Assembly: GCF_006345805.1 (NCBI RefSeq)
Contig: NC_043003.1
Location: forward strand, 31,062,001-31,126,000
Reading direction: 5' to 3'
Source: Octopus sinensis
Taxonomy: Eukaryota
Length of the DNA stretch: 64,000 bases
Shown: positions 13,447 through 27,312 of the stretch, one piece after another
Layout: each line of letters begins with the position of its first letter
Numbering within the stretch: position 1 is the stretch's first letter
The notes under the pieces: generated by a model
What the model saw: the letters and a program-made list of their open reading frames with translations, nothing else
What the model was told of the DNA's origin: nothing
Database searches by the model: none
Program-made: the position numbers and the translations under genes

Positions 13447-13898
13447 ATCTTTGTGGTTGAAAGCATAACACTTGAACACACGAATATCATGACAAGAAGA
13501 GTAAAAATGATGTTATAGATAATTTCTAAGGCGGCGAGGTGGAAGAATCGTTAGTACGAAGGGTAAAATGCATAGAAGCATTTCGTCCGCCCTTGCGTTC
13601 TGACTTCAAATTACGACCTTAGTTTTCGTCCTTTCGGAGTTGATAAATCAAGTGCAATAGGGGTCGATGAAATTGACTAGATCCCACCCACCAAGTTTCA
13701 GGCCTTGGGCATATAGTAGAAAGGACATTATCGATATTATCCTTTTATATTTAGAAATGAGAAGCAAGAATTTGAATGTAGATCTAAAATATTATATTCA
13801 GACTTTAAATTTTAATCTAATATTGGATAGTTTCGACATGGATGACAAAGTGGATTTCAAACCAATTCTCTTCTACATTTATTTCACTCGCTGAGCAG

Positions 13899-14009
13899 TC
13901 CGGAAGTAACTACATTCCACTCAGTATTGAGTCCTTTAACAATTTTAGTCATCTTAACCACTTTCTTCACGACAATGGACTTTTTAAGGAAAGAAAACAC
14001 AGTGCTGAA
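13899..14009 (+). other. Candidate internal exon (111 nt, phase 0/0, open frame SGSNYIPLS...ERKHSAE)
   Basis: Pyrimidine-rich upstream sequence ending in CAG and a GTATGT donor. No homology recognised. Confidence 0.25.
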
Positions 14010-15499
14010 GTATGTGTCCCTTATTGAAAATTTCGTCGTCGTATCATCATCATCAACATTATTATTACTGTTGGTGGCCTTATTCAACTACTAATTGAAT
14101 AAGTTTAAAGACGAAACTTAAGGACCCAGTCCAAACGAAATATAATTTTCCCATTGGGCACCTTTATGTAGAAACCTGTTGCCGGTGAGTCAAATTTGGG
14201 ACCGGTTTCCATTCTTGGTCGCTGTGTTTCTATCGTATTTAAAGTTAGTATGACTGTATGTCGAAAGTCGCATTTTCTCTATCCTGATTTCATTTAGTCT
14301 AATAACATAGTAACCTTGGCTACGGAAGTTATCGTTGTTTCTGAATTATAGACGTAACTGCGTGATGTTCTTCACGCTTATTACAGATAAAGATAAAATG
14401 AAGCTACTTTTTGTCATAAAGATTGGTGAAACCATAGTAACAGAGGTACAGGTAATCTACGAAAATATCTGGTTTCACTGACCACCGTCATTTACAAATA
14501 GTGACTACCAATCACAGTTTCATGCGAAACTAATGACTCCATAATGAGAGAGGAGGACACTTTAGTAAACTAATAAACGAAAGAATCAAATGTTGCAGCA
14601 ATATCCTTTATTTTCCAAGTGGAATCGCAAATGAATAGGCACTCCATCAAAAACAAAGTAAAACTAATACAAAAGAATAATAAAAAAAAACTCAGTAAAT
14701 GATCCATCGAACCTTTCGCTGGTTTTCTGCCGTTTACCGGATCGTTATTCTGTGTTTTACTTGTGGAAGTGACTTCCTTCTTCAAGTTGCTGCAACCGAA
14801 ATGGGTCTCATAATGCTGCAACCGAAATGGGTCTCATAATGCTGCATCAGGAATTTCTGTTTCCTATTAACTGAGGTCGGTCCTCAAATTTCATACTGTG
14901 CGTCTTTGTTAATAACATCAATGTCAACAGAGAAAGAACGCTCTTCTTTCTCTAATAAGGTGCGAACATTTAAATATATATCGTGGTGTTCAGTACGATA
15001 GCAGTTACCAGCAAATCTATTTCCTACAAGAGGACATCAAGTAATTTTATTTACATACAGTAAAGTAGGTAGTAACATAATTAATGTAATTAGGAGTAAA
15101 TTTTGAATAATTAAAATTTCACAAATGATTAAAGAACCAACCATTATTTGTCGTAATGACTATTTCTGGTCAAACCAAGTAAGGGAGACAACCTCCGGAT
15201 TTTAATGGTGGAATGTCATGAGGATTGAGTTTGATCACTATTCAAATATAACTTCAATGGTAATCACCGATATGTTAGAGAGGAGTGAAGTAAGTTTCAA
15301 ACGAAACCACAAGAAATAAATTTAGATTTCGAATTTTATGCGAAACCAAATTATTTCACTTTTCTTATTTCAGTAATGCCCTTATCACACTTATAATACT
15401 CTTTATTGTACAAACAATACCACAGAGAGGAATTAAATTGCGGTGAGAACAAGGCAGAGACCTCTTAACAGTTAATTATTTAATATGCCAAAGCCGGAG

Positions 15500-15790
15500 A
15501 TCAAAGAGCCACTCCAAGTAGAGCCACTACTTCTCCGAATTGAGAGATCACAGCTCCAATAATCTGGATATGTGGCAAGAATTTCACCGGGCAAAACTAA
15601 GCGGCAGGAGACTCAGGCGTAGATCACAAGCAAGATGGTTGTACAATGTCCATGAGCTTGGTTGGTCTCGCTTGGGAACCCAGTCAGATCAATTGGAGAT
15701 GGTTGCTTCTGACAGAACACTCTCGAGAATAAGTGGGCGAAAAAGATGAGATGAGCTGCCAAGATCGTTTACTTCTCAATGCAAGAAAGG
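15500..15790 (+). mobile_element. RTE-like LINE 3' fragment, same family as 12437-12802
   Basis: PLLLRIERSQL...RRRSQARWLYNVHELGWSRLGTQSDQLEMVASDRTL parallels the minus-strand copy. Confidence 0.7.
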
Positions 15791-17059
15791 AGTAGAATTA
15801 CAACATTATAGCCAACGACCGCAACACAACAATAACAACAGCTGCAGTAAGAACAGCAACTCTAACAAGCAAGAACGAAGGAGTCTCTACATGTGACAAT
15901 TAAGAGATCATTACACGGTTGTTCGACCTGCTAGAAACAGCAGCCAAATTCGACATACTAAAGTAGCTACTCTTAAAAAGTGATGGTCAGGATCGGAACG
16001 TCTTCGAGGTCATAAGTCTGCTCAAACATTCGCAATAATAACAACAATAACAGCGAGAATAACAAGTATCTTTTACCTTTTACTCATTTCAGTCATTAGA
16101 CTGCGGCCATGCCTCGAAGAATTTTTAGTCGAATGTATCGACCCCAGTACTTACATTTTATAATCCTGGTACTTATTCTATCGGTGGTTTTTGCCGAGCC
16201 GCTATGTTACACACCATCACCGGTTGTCAAGCGGTGGTGGGGTGACAAGGTGAGTATCTATGAGAGTTCTAGACAGGGAATTTACTGTTTATAAAGGAAT
16301 AAAGCAGTAGGTATAAGAATAAAGGGTAAAACAGTAGATAGAAGAATACAGAGAGGCGAATGAAGTTCACAGCTCATCTTCTTTCAGAGGGTATGGAGGT
16401 TGGTCCGAACTTCCTTGAAGGTATAGGTCCTTAAGTATAAGCCCAGGTAAATCCAAGCAGTATTTTGGCAGTATTTTGAATATTGCGTTCATGTTGAAGG
16501 GACAGATGAAGTGGATAGTTTGTATGAAAATGGTCTACGTGGGTATATAGCCTGATAAAGACAGACACCATGATGGACAGATATGGGTTGTGAGTTAGTG
16601 AATAGAAGAGAAAAGAGAAAGGAAGAAAAGACAGAAATGGGATAGGTGCAGGAGAAAATGAATGAAGGCGAAAAAAAAATCAAAATAAAAAATAAAGATA
16701 AAAGATGCTAGTATTTTCAGTGAAGTTTATTCATGGTCGGTTCGGGGTGAGAGGTCAGGTATTAAGGTTTTGGCAAAGTGGAGGAGGAAGGCATTTATGG
16801 CTATTAATTAAATTGATGAATTCTAGGTTCGGTGTGGTCTGTAAGGATAGCTAAAAATAGATGCCTAACTTAAGGGAGTATATATGGGACTAAAAATACA
16901 ATTAAATGGATAAAAGATAAAGAATTAAAGAATTAAAAATTAAAAGTTAAAAATTAAAAAAGATTATAGATTAGAAATTAAAAAAGATTATTGCAGCTAG
17001 CTAGCTTCTAAGATATTTATGCTGAAAGATGAAAAAGAAAAAACCGTACTTATATTCTT

Positions 17060-17453
17060 TTCTTCTCTAGTCACAAGGCCCGAAATTTTGAGGGAAGGAA
17101 AAGTTGATTAGATCGACCCCAGTATGCAACTGGTGCTTAATTTATCGACCCCGAAAGGAAGACAGGCAAAGTCGACCGCGGTGGAATTTGAACTCAGAAC
17201 GTAAAGACAGACGAAATACCTATTTCTTTATTGCCCACAAGAGGCTAAACACAGAGAGGCCAAACAAGGACAGACAAACGGATTAAGTCGATTATATCGA
17301 CCGCAGTGCGTAACTGGTACTTAATTTATCGACCCCGAAAGGATGAAAGGCAAAGTCGATCTCGGCGGAATTTGAACTCAGAACGTAAAGGTAGACGAAA
17401 TACGGCTACACATTTCGCCCAGCGTGCTAATGTTTCTGCCAGCCCGCCGCCTT
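17060..17453 (-). mobile_element. Family A SINE with internally duplicated body (dimeric form)
   Basis: Two B-box/body units joined by the same linker seen at 3357-3760 and 43732-44120. Confidence 0.85.
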
Positions 17454-17574
17454 AAAAACGTATTTATATTGTAACGACCGTGGATATACATAGCTAGTGT
17501 TATGCGTGTTGATTTTGCTTGCATTAGGACCTATGGAAGAATCTATAAATACGATAGAGAGCCACTGCCTGGTA

Positions 17575-17627
<53 letters not shown>

Positions 17628-17644
17628 AAAAAAAAAATAAATAA

Positions 17645-18186
17645 ATTTTTTTTTTTTTTTTAAAAACCGAAAATGATGTTTGTTTTAAACCTTGAGATTA
17701 CATAGAAAGTATTTTGCGTAGGATATGAGCAGTTCCCATGAGCACTATCTTTTGAATTTCTGCCATTTTTGGGTTTCCTGGTATCTGAGTTAGGTAGCTA
17801 TCAGCCCCTTTTGCTATCATTCCCAGGGCACCTATGACAACAGGTATTGTTTTAGTCTTCAGGTTCCACATTTTGCTGATTTATATTTCAAGATCTTTAT
17901 ATTTGCTCAGTTTTTGGTAGGTCTTGACAGATACGTTTATATCGATTGGGACATTCTTTGTTTGAAGTCTTTCAATATGATGTCTGGCCTATTTGCATCT
18001 ATTTTTCTGTCAATTTGAATGGTGAAGTTCCAGAGGAGTGAGATGTGGTCATTTTCAAGCACTGGGGGTGGTTTTTGTTCCCACCAGTTTTTTTCATGGG
18101 GCAGATCCAAGTTTTTGCAGATTACCCAGTGAATATATTGTGCAGCTCTATCGTATCTGTTGAGATACTCTGTAGGCGCAAGAAGA

Positions 18187-18187
<1 letters not shown>
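17645..18187 (-). mobile_element. R4/Dong-like LINE 3' end (restriction-like endonuclease) within (TAA)n
   Basis: LAPTEYLNRYDRAAQYIHWVICK...LLWNFTIQIDRKIDANRPDIILKD...IPVVIGALG, with (ATT)n tracts on both sides. Confidence 0.85.
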
Positions 18188-18239
<52 letters not shown>

Positions 18240-18259
18240 TATTATTATTATTATTTATA

Positions 18260-18470
18260 GGAATTAAATTTACGCTTATTAGATGAGGTAACAATAGATT
18301 TTATATTGTGTGGAGAGGAGTAGGATAATTTCAGAATAGACCTGAATAGTATTTATGGTGACGTGGGAAGTTAGAGTTCACCATTGTAAAAAAGGTTTAA
18401 AGCGAATGGGGGAGTAAACCAGAGAATCGATCTTCCCCATTGTTATTAGGCAAAATAGAGGACGCATAAT
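18260..18470 (-). mobile_element. Small decayed Penelope-like fragment
   Basis: Visible similarity to 40220-40340 (AATAG..GAATA(G/A)TATTTATG(G/T)TGACG(T/A)GGGAAGTT(A/G)GAGT). Confidence 0.4.
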
Positions 18471-19280
18471 CTGCATACATATATACGACATATATACCAA
18501 ATCCACTCACAACGCTTTGGTCGGCCCTAGACTATAGTAGAAGGCACTTGCCCAAGGTGCCACATGTTGGGAAGCAAGCTTCTTACCACACAGCCACACC
18601 TTGGTCAATTCTTTAACAAAGCAACAAGAATTATAGCGCCGCTGCTTATCCTTCTTTGGTTTTCGTATCGTAACATTAAATCTGTAAAAGATAAATCTCA
18701 TCACATTAGTCCATCGATGTTAATTCCAATAGAACCGCCCCAACTCCATACTTTTTTCCTGTTCGCTACCTGCTTATATAGAATTAAATGACCTGTCCAC
18801 AAATACAATGTAACGTCTGTAGACGATTTGAACTCAAGCACTATGATTCAGAAACAACAGAAGGAACAGCGGTAGTTAGACATGTGATTCTCTATCCACC
18901 AATTAGCTATTTATTGTATTCTTTTAATATTCAGCATTGTTTGAAATAGAATTGTGTAAAAAGAAATAGAGAAGCTGCACTTTATACCTTCTCTCCCCAC
19001 TCCTTCTCTCTCTCCGTCTGTCATTTTCATTCCTCTTTTTCTCTCACCTCTTCTCCCCATCATTCTACCTCTATTTTTATCTCTCTCTCTTCTTTAGGTC
19101 ATTCTCTGACATCTCCTCTAACTCCCTTTACCTTCTCTTTGTTTCTCTGATTCGTATTTTGCCTCTATTTCAACTCTCTCTCATTCCTTTTAGTCTTTCT
19201 TCTCCACCTCTTTCCATTTTCTTTCTCTATTCCCTTCATCTCTGTCTACCTCTTCTTTCTATCTTTCTTGCACATACCTC

Positions 19281-19323
<43 letters not shown>

Positions 19324-19899
19324 TTTGTTTTTACTTTTCTTGTGAGAGTAAAAAAAATCCTTTTACGTACATTTCTGCATCACGTGATACCTGTTTGTTC
19401 TCTTCAATATAATGCAGTTGACATTCAGAGAAAGTCATTCTAACACAAATATACATATACGAATGTATATTTGAGCATGTTCACACACACAAACTCTCTC
19501 TCTCTCTCTCACACACGTACAAACATGACGATAGTCTTTGTATGTAGCAAAATTTCCAACAATGAATGCATATGGATGCATTCATTTTTCTTTTCTTTCC
19601 TCCTTCGACTATATTTATTTTGCAGTTAAATGGCTGCCGGGGGAATATAGTTTGCTTTGTGATAGACAAACTGATTGATTTCTTTTCGCTGTGACTGTTT
19701 TTGTCTCTTTTATACTGAGATTGGCACTGTCTGATATTGCACGTTCTAGCAGAGAGAACGCTATGTAACTCGCTTTTGATAAAAAACAAGACAGTTATGA
19801 GTTGTCAGTTTTATATGTACCAAGAGGGCGCCTCTCTCTGATCGCTCGACCTGTTAGAACTAACAGACAAATCTTCTTTAACTTACACAAACTCTTCTC

Positions 19900-21170
19900 T
19901 TCTTATATAATCTTTATAACCGTAGCTGTCATCACTTTCTTTACGTTTATACATGAATTAGTCAGAAAAAAAGGAAAGTAGCCATGATCTTTATCAGCCT
20001 GCTGTACTAAATATAGGGAAAGAATTAATAAATATAGAAGGTATGAATAACAAGAGGAGGAGAAATGAGTGATTCGGTAACGCCTGAATGAAGATGGTAT
20101 TTGACCAGCATGCCTCAAGAAATAAAGGCCACTGTAGTAGCGGCAACAATCGAAAAGAGACATAACAAGTCTGTTCTGTGTCTTTGTGGTCGACTTCATT
20201 TCGATGAATCTAGAGGCTATTTTTCAATGCAATCACAGGTATCTGTATACTCAGTAGAAATAGCATCAGCAACAGTAGCACTAGCAACAGCAACATCAAC
20301 AACAACAGCAGCACTGTGCTAGAGGTGGGAGCAGTACGTACTTGTAGGTCTAATCCAAGTTATGTAGAAGGAATCCGGTCTTTGTCGTACAATCTCTGCT
20401 ACGTTGTGTATGAGTATTCTCCACGAGAAAGCGTCAGTGTTGATGAGGCCTGTTACTTTTAGCAATGGTAAGGGTTCAAGTTGTGAGCTATTTATGTTTA
20501 GGAGTGAAGACATGCGATAATGTTTCCTTGCTGTTGAAGGAGACAAAATTGGCACGGCTCCATTGGAGAAAGATTTCGAGATCTTTTTTCATGGAACAAG
20601 TGCTTATTTGGTCCGAGGTATTAAGGTTGCACGTAGATGGTGCCCGAGTACGGAAGGTTAGGAAAAAAAGAGTGATAATATTTATGTAGGAGTTTCTTCT
20701 GATTCATTTCGTTCTGAGTTTAAATTCCGCCGAGGTCAACTTTGCCTTTCACCCTTTCGGGATCGATATAATAAAGTACAGGTTGAGTACTGAGGTGCTA
20801 AAATTTGAAAGAGTTATTTGTGTAGGAGTGAGCTATGTTGGTGCTGCAGGTAAGTAGATCGTGGGTTTATCGAGAAAGTGTGTGTGAATGGGGGTGGTAA
20901 TGCAAAACCGGATCCTGGAACACCCCAGAGTTAATAGAGAGTAGGCTATAGAAAGCTCCACCAGTATACGCCACGATATTGCAAACTGACAGGAAACCTT
21001 TATCAAAGAGACGCTAGAGGAGCGGAACTCAAATCGTTTTGCCAGGGAGATATGCATGCTACACACGTTCGAAAGCTATGTTTATATTAAGGGCAACCAC
21101 GCCGCTTTCACTAAATATCTCAAGAGGGAAGGACTGTTAGTGATTGAAAGATAAAAAGCAAGTACCTAGC
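19900..21170 (-). mobile_element. Highly decayed LINE RT 3' region (Jockey/L2/CR1-like), interrupted by a SINE
   Basis: FYITWIRPTSTYCSHL resembles the YxxxIRPxxEYCSxxW motif. Otherwise fragmentary. Confidence 0.45.
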
Positions 21171-21629
21171 AGATCTGACTTTACGGAAGTTGTACTAGTG
21201 GTCATTGAGGAGAGATTGTAAGAGTGAAAGATAGCTAGTTAGTTAGATAAATAGATAGATTGATAGAGAGATTGATAGACAGATAGATACATAGACAAAC
21301 GAATAGACAGATAGATAGATTCAAGTTATTGATGATGAATGTTGTTAATAGCTATCTCCATTTCCTTTAAGATATTAGAAGTGGGTGTAATAGGAAGGTA
21401 TCTGGCTGGGTTAGAAGGGTTACCTTTTTGTTAATAAGACCACAGTGGCGTACTTTCAAAGATCGGGATATATCCTGCGTACGTGTGAAAGTGTATGGGA
21501 GAAAGAGAGGGAGAGAGAAAGAGAGAGAGAGAGAGAGAGGAGAGAGAAGACATTGAAGAATTTGGTGAAGTTCGAGATATTTTGGAGCTCATTGTTTCGT
21601 AAAGGTAGGTAAAGTTACCCTCTCGAATC

Positions 21630-21860
21630 ATACCGACTCATAACGGCCGGTTTCCTGGTTTCATGGCGTATAAGTTTCCCACCTGGATGTAATGCCAGTC
21701 CATCGCAGGATTACTCATTTTTGCTTGCTGAGTGGACTGGAGAACGTAAAAACGAAGTGTTTTGCACAAGAACACAACACGTCGCTCGGTCCAGGAATCG
21801 AAACCACAATCTTACGATCATGAGTTCACCACCATAACAACTAAATCACGCTCCTCCACT
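21630..21860 (-). mobile_element. tRNA-derived SINE related to family C
   Basis: Minus strand carries GGTTTCGATTCCTGGACC (B box) and the CTGCGATGGACTGGC...ATACGCCATGAAACC tail shared with 42313-42602. Confidence 0.7.
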
Positions 21861-22307
21861 TGCGCATTGTTTGAGGGTAATGGAAACAATATTCTCGGTT
21901 AGAAAAGACCGGATATGAATGCGGTGGTGATTCTTAATATCTATGTAACCATGACATGTATGTGTGCGCGGTGGTGAGCCTGTCTGAGAAGAAGGAAATA
22001 TTTTTTGGGTAGATTTGTCGAATACGTGCTGTGTGGTGGCTAAATGCAAAGTGGGTAGAAAATGAAGAGGCTTACTCCACGGGAGCAATACTCAAGCAGA
22101 GAAAGCTTCTACATTTGCTACTATATTTATTGATTGAGAAATTCCGTGCAGTTTTTTTCAAGTGTTGCAAGCCATGTTTTATGTAATCAGCTGAGTAAAT
22201 CATTTGGATCGGTGAGTTTGGTTGTATGTTGGGATATGAAAGGACATAACTAAAGAGATGTCTGTATATCGGACAGTGTCTCAAGGGGATGAGGTTAGTT
22301 GATTTAG

Positions 22308-22385
22308 AGCAGCCCCCCAACCAACGTTTTTGCACCACGGACCGGTTTCATGCAAAATAATTTTTCCAAGGACCGGGGTAACATG
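22308..22385 (+). mobile_element. hAT-type MITE end fragment
   Basis: CAGCCCCCCAACC..TTTTTGCACCACGGACCGGTTTCATG resembles Charlie-type MITE termini. Confidence 0.4.
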
Positions 22386-22764
22386 CGCTTAACAAAACAC
22401 AATTTAGTGCATGTTGCATAATCTAATTATTACAAAGATAACACATATATTACACATATTATACATCTATAATGCAAAAACATCCTACAGAGTGCAATGA
22501 TGAGAAATAAGATGAGAAATAAGATGAGAAATAAAATTTAAAAGATTTATTCTTTTCGTGCAGTTTGGTACCAAATAATCAAAGGTCAGGGGACGAAACA
22601 GCAGCAGCAGCAGCAACAACAACAACAACAAAAGTTTTATAACATACGAATCAACAAGTGTGTGTATGTGCGTGTGTGTGTTTGTGTGTGTGTGAATCTC
22701 TCTGTGGTCGCTCGGCTCGCTAGAAATAACAGCCAATTTTTATCGTCTGGATAAAAAAGGAATT

Positions 22765-22824
22765 ATCGTCACCACCACCACCACCACCATCACCACCACC
22801 ACCATCATCATCATCATCATAATT

Positions 22825-22863
<39 letters not shown>

Positions 22864-23030
22864 TTCATCAACACCATCACTACCACCACCACCACCGCTG
22901 TCATCGCCACAGCTATGATTATCATCACTATCACCATCATCGGCAACGCCGCCGCTGCCACCACCAAAATCACCACCACCATCGCTATACTTCACCACTG
23001 ACACCTTCCACCACCGACACTAGCACCATT
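22765..23030. repeat. Compound (CAC)n/(CAT)n trinucleotide microsatellite
   Basis: Read directly. Confidence 0.95.
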
Positions 23031-23389
23031 GCAACAAAAATCTCCCCCCCCCCCCCACTACCCCTTGCCCACTGCCCCCTGCCCCCCCGCCCACCTGCCA
23101 AGCCGCTTTTACAATCTCAACCACCAAACTGCAACAACTCACCCAGATGCATGGGTCAGAACAACATTATAAAAGATAATAAAAACAGGAAATTAGAAAC
23201 GAGTAACCATAAATCCATCGTCATACTTAAGAAAACCTAATATTTTCAATATTACAGGCGTTATTCTATTCTATTCTATTTTTGTGCAAGGATTTATTTT
23301 CTATAAGATCATATTCAGCTGAATGTGCATTTTATATGTATGCTTGTGTGCATGATTATATTTATGCATATGTGTATCTCTTTCTCTTT

Positions 23390-23592
23390 CTCTCTTTTAC
23401 TTGTTTCAGTCATTTGACTGCGGCCATGCTGGAGCACCGCCTTTAGTCGAGCAAATCGACCCCGGGACTTATTCTTTGTAAGCCCAGTACTTATTCTATC
23501 GGTCTCTTTTGCCGAACCGCTAAGTAACGGGGACGTAAACACACCAGCATCGGTTGTCAAGCAATGCTAGGGGGACAAACACAGACACACAA

Positions 23593-23627
<35 letters not shown>

Positions 23628-23798
23628 CATATATACGACAGGCTTCTTTCAGTTTCCGTCTACCAAATCCACTCACAAGGCATTGGTCGGCCCGGGGCTA
23701 TAGCAGAAGACACTTGCCCAAGATGCCACGCAGTGGGACTGAACCCGGAACCATGTGGTTGGTTAGCAAGCTACTTACCACACAGCCACTCCTGCGCC
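23390..23798 (-). mobile_element. Full-length young family B SINE
   Basis: Reverse complement of the GGCGCAGGAGTGGCTGTGTGGTAAGTAGC head, internal TA/TG tract and GACTGAAACAAGTAAAAGAG tail. Confidence 0.9.
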
Positions 23799-23815
23799 TA
23801 TGTATATATGCTTTT

Positions 23816-23862
<47 letters not shown>

Positions 23863-23986
23863 GTCTGTCTGTCTGTCAGTCTTCCCATCTGCACCTCTCT
23901 CCCTGTTCCTTCCTATAAAATATATAATCCAGGCAATTCATTTTTCCTTTTCCACACGGTTAAACACACTGACACACACACACTCA

Positions 23987-24031
<45 letters not shown>

Positions 24032-24897
24032 TCACATACATATATAGGCGTGTGTGTGTGTATGTGGGTGTGACAGAGAGTGTGCTTACACACACACACA
24101 CACACACACACACTCTCACACACACACACACGCACACACACACACGTTCACATATATATATATAGGCGCGTGTGTGTGTATGTGGGTGTGACAGAGAGTG
24201 TGATTGTGTATACATATGTATACGTATATATGTGCGCGTGTACGTGTACACTCTTTCCCCTGTCTTTGTCTCTGTCTGTCTGTTTTTATCTCTCCTTCTC
24301 TCTTTGTGTGTATATATTGTTGACGTCATAAGAATTATCAACTTCGAGGGAACATGAAATAATTCTTTTGTGGAATAATGGCTTTCGAAGTAGACGATAA
24401 AGCTATAAGTAATAACAAGTGAATATTAGGTTAAGAAAAAAGAAAAAAAAAACTCTTTATAATTTTATCATCTGCTTCGAAATCTACTGTAAATTTTTGT
24501 GGAATTCTATATGAAATTTTGGTGTTGTCATCTACTGCTCTTTTACCATGTTGTATTTTGCACACTATTGTATTGTTTGCATTGGCTCCCTATTGTAAAA
24601 GTATGATCAATCGACGAGACAAATGTTGCACTTGTGTATTCGATGCAAAAGTTTGAGTCATGAAGTTTACAACTGTCATGTATACATTGAAATTTTTATA
24701 TCAAATTGGTTGTCTGATGTACATTCTTATACTTTGCTAGTTTATAATTGTGTGTTGTTGAGAAGATTTTCCACTTTGATGCTGTTGTAATATATTCTAC
24801 GAGTTTGTTGTTAGGCATGGTAAAGTTGTGCTGTTTTATGGGTTTTTCAAGTTATGTCCGTCTATTTAATAGTCCAAAATCATCTGCTTCCAGTACT

Positions 24898-25777
24898 CTT
24901 TTACTCTTTTACTTGTTTCAGTCATTAGACTGCGGCCATGCTGGAGCACCGCCTTTAGTCGAGCAAATCGACTCCAGGTCTTATTCTTTGGAATCCTAGT
25001 ACTTATTCTATCGGGCTCTTTTGCCGAACCGCTAAGTTACGGGGACGTAAACACACCAGAATCGGTTGTCAAGCGATGTTGGGGGGACAAGCATACACCA
25101 CACATATATATATATGTACTAGCAGTATCGCCCGGCGTTGCTCGGGTTTGTAAGGGAAATAACTATAAAGCATTTTTAGAGAGTTATAGCCAAAAATTAG
25201 CAAAAAAATGGGGAAAAAATGATGGTAAATTTTTTTTGATAGTTAAAAAGGTCGAGTTGCGTCCCCTAGACCATCTGTGGTTTGTGTTTCTGATTGTCGA
25301 CCCCATGTCGAATTTATCGATCTTTTTCAGAACTGGGGGAACTTTTCAAAATTTTCGCTGCGTTAGTTTTGAATTATGACATTGGGCTATGGTGTGTCAA
25401 GTTTATCAGAATCGGTGAAAGCCGTGGTCAGAGTGAGGGTACAACCAGACAGACACACAGAAACACACACAGACAAACTGCCGTTTATATAGAGAGAGAT
25501 ATTTATATACATACATACACAATATATAATATAGATATATATTATATATATATCTATATATATATATATATATAATATATATTATATATATATATATACA
25601 TATATATACATATATACGACGGGCTTCTTTCAGTTTCCGCCTACCAAATCCACTCACAAGGCTTTGGTTGGCCCGAGGCTATAGTAGAAGACACTGCCCA
25701 AGGTGCCACGCAGTGGGAATGAAACAGAAGCATGTGGTTGATAAGCAAGCTACTTACCACAAAGCCACTCCTGCGCC
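24898..25777 (-). mobile_element. Family B SINE split by a Helitron insertion in its internal microsatellite
   Basis: 3' half at about 24898-25110 and 5' half at about 25615-25777. Confidence 0.85.
25119..25499 (-). mobile_element. Non-autonomous Helitron (about 380 bp)
   Basis: On the minus strand it begins TC and ends CTAG, with the GC-rich hairpin CCCGAGCAACGCCGGG just upstream of the end. It sits between A and T with no TSD. Confidence 0.75.
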
Positions 25778-26709
25778 AATAGTATATAATATACATAGTT
25801 CGCGTATTTTTAGGTGTTTGTAAATTTGGTCTGGTCAACTAATTAGTTACAGTGCCCATTTTAACTACTTTTTGTTTGTTTTATGCGTAAGATTTACTTA
25901 GTGTTTCATTATAAAATAAGAAATTAAGCCGGCCTACTGACAGAATCGTTTGGTTTTCGGGCAAAATATTTAGCGATATTTCGCTCGTTTTTAAGTTCTG
26001 AGTTCAAATTCCGCTGGGGTTGACTTTGCCATTTGTCCTTTCGAGTTCGATAAGACAAGTACCAGTTGAATACTGAGGTCGATGTAATCGACTTACCCAA
26101 TCCTCGAACATGCTGGCTTTATGCTAAAATTTGAAACCATTGTGAGATGAAAATTAAAAAGTTCACATAGGAAAAGGTTTTACAACAGATTTTTGTATCT
26201 GTTGTAAAAAAATTGCTCTCACCTAGCATGCATAAGCATTTATTCATATTTTTTGTGTATATATTTTGTGTCAACTGAGGTGCCATATGTCTTATACCTT
26301 ATTCCTACATTTATATCTTAGAATGAAGCAGAATGAATTAATACATTTAGGAAAGATGTTGCACCAAACTAAAGATGAGAAGGAAATATAAAAGAATCTT
26401 TAATAAAAACGTTCAAACTTAAACATAGTCATGTTTTTAATGTAACACACAGATACATGTGCACATATATATAAAAGAAAGCATGCTTGTCACTCACAAG
26501 AGAGTATGACGTCGTTGCGTGTACAATGTTTTCGATAAATATTTTAGGTGCCCATGCAGTCACGAATGGACATAGACGCCCTCTTCGCCTTTTCATTCAG
26601 TGTGTCTGGGGATCGGTTAAGTGAAATTCTGAGTAGCAGTTTGTGAAGTTTTTCAGCTTCAATAAAGCGGTATACTTATACATACATAACACACACATAT
26701 ACATATATA

Positions 26710-26882
26710 CATGCCTGTAATTATTGGGGCACTGGGATATGTAACGCACTGCCTAAATACCAATCTTGAGAAATTAGGTTTCTCAAAACCAGGAAGGAGA
26801 AAGTTAATTCGAAGACTACAGATCCAATCCATCACTGAAACTGTAAAGGTCTGTAAAACTTTCCAGAACTTAATCATTTAAG
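26710..26882 (+). mobile_element. R4/Dong-like LINE extreme C-terminal fragment
   Basis: MPVIIGALGYVTHCLNTNLEKLG matches the PVIIGALG motif also seen in 17645-18187. Confidence 0.6.
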
Positions 26883-27153
26883 TATATATGATCATGTCTA
26901 GATATGCAAGTATATGCATGAGAAGGCATACATAAAACAAAACATATAAATTTGCACGTATACATACATACATACATAAATACATACATACATACATACA
27001 CATACATACATACATACATATACATACATACATACATACATACATACATACGTGCAAAAACTCCTGTTGTTAACGTTGAAATTCCAATGAAGAAGCCTTG
27101 TATCTAGGTTAGAAACAGGCAAGAAATCTTGAAATTAAAACTGAAAATAACAA

Positions 27154-27229
<76 letters not shown>

Positions 27230-27312
27230 TATATGTACGTATATACTCACATTTTGATTCCCCATATCTCATTGAAGCTTTCATTTCTTTTCAGATCAAA
27301 TTAACTTTAAAT

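Noticed and set aside
16250-17040. Possible PLE 3' remnant on the minus strand
   Set aside because: The composition is suggestive, but neither a protein motif nor a foldable hammerhead is recoverable.
22720-24357. ORFs rich in D/G/M, HT, YI or CV repeats (also at 25-31, 38, 41-43, 47-48 and 59-60 kb)
   Set aside because: They are translations of microsatellites.
27075-27140. CCAATGA-..GCCT..AGGT..-GAAAC, a possible decayed hammerhead
   Set aside because: The core is mutated and stems I and III cannot be formed from this copy.
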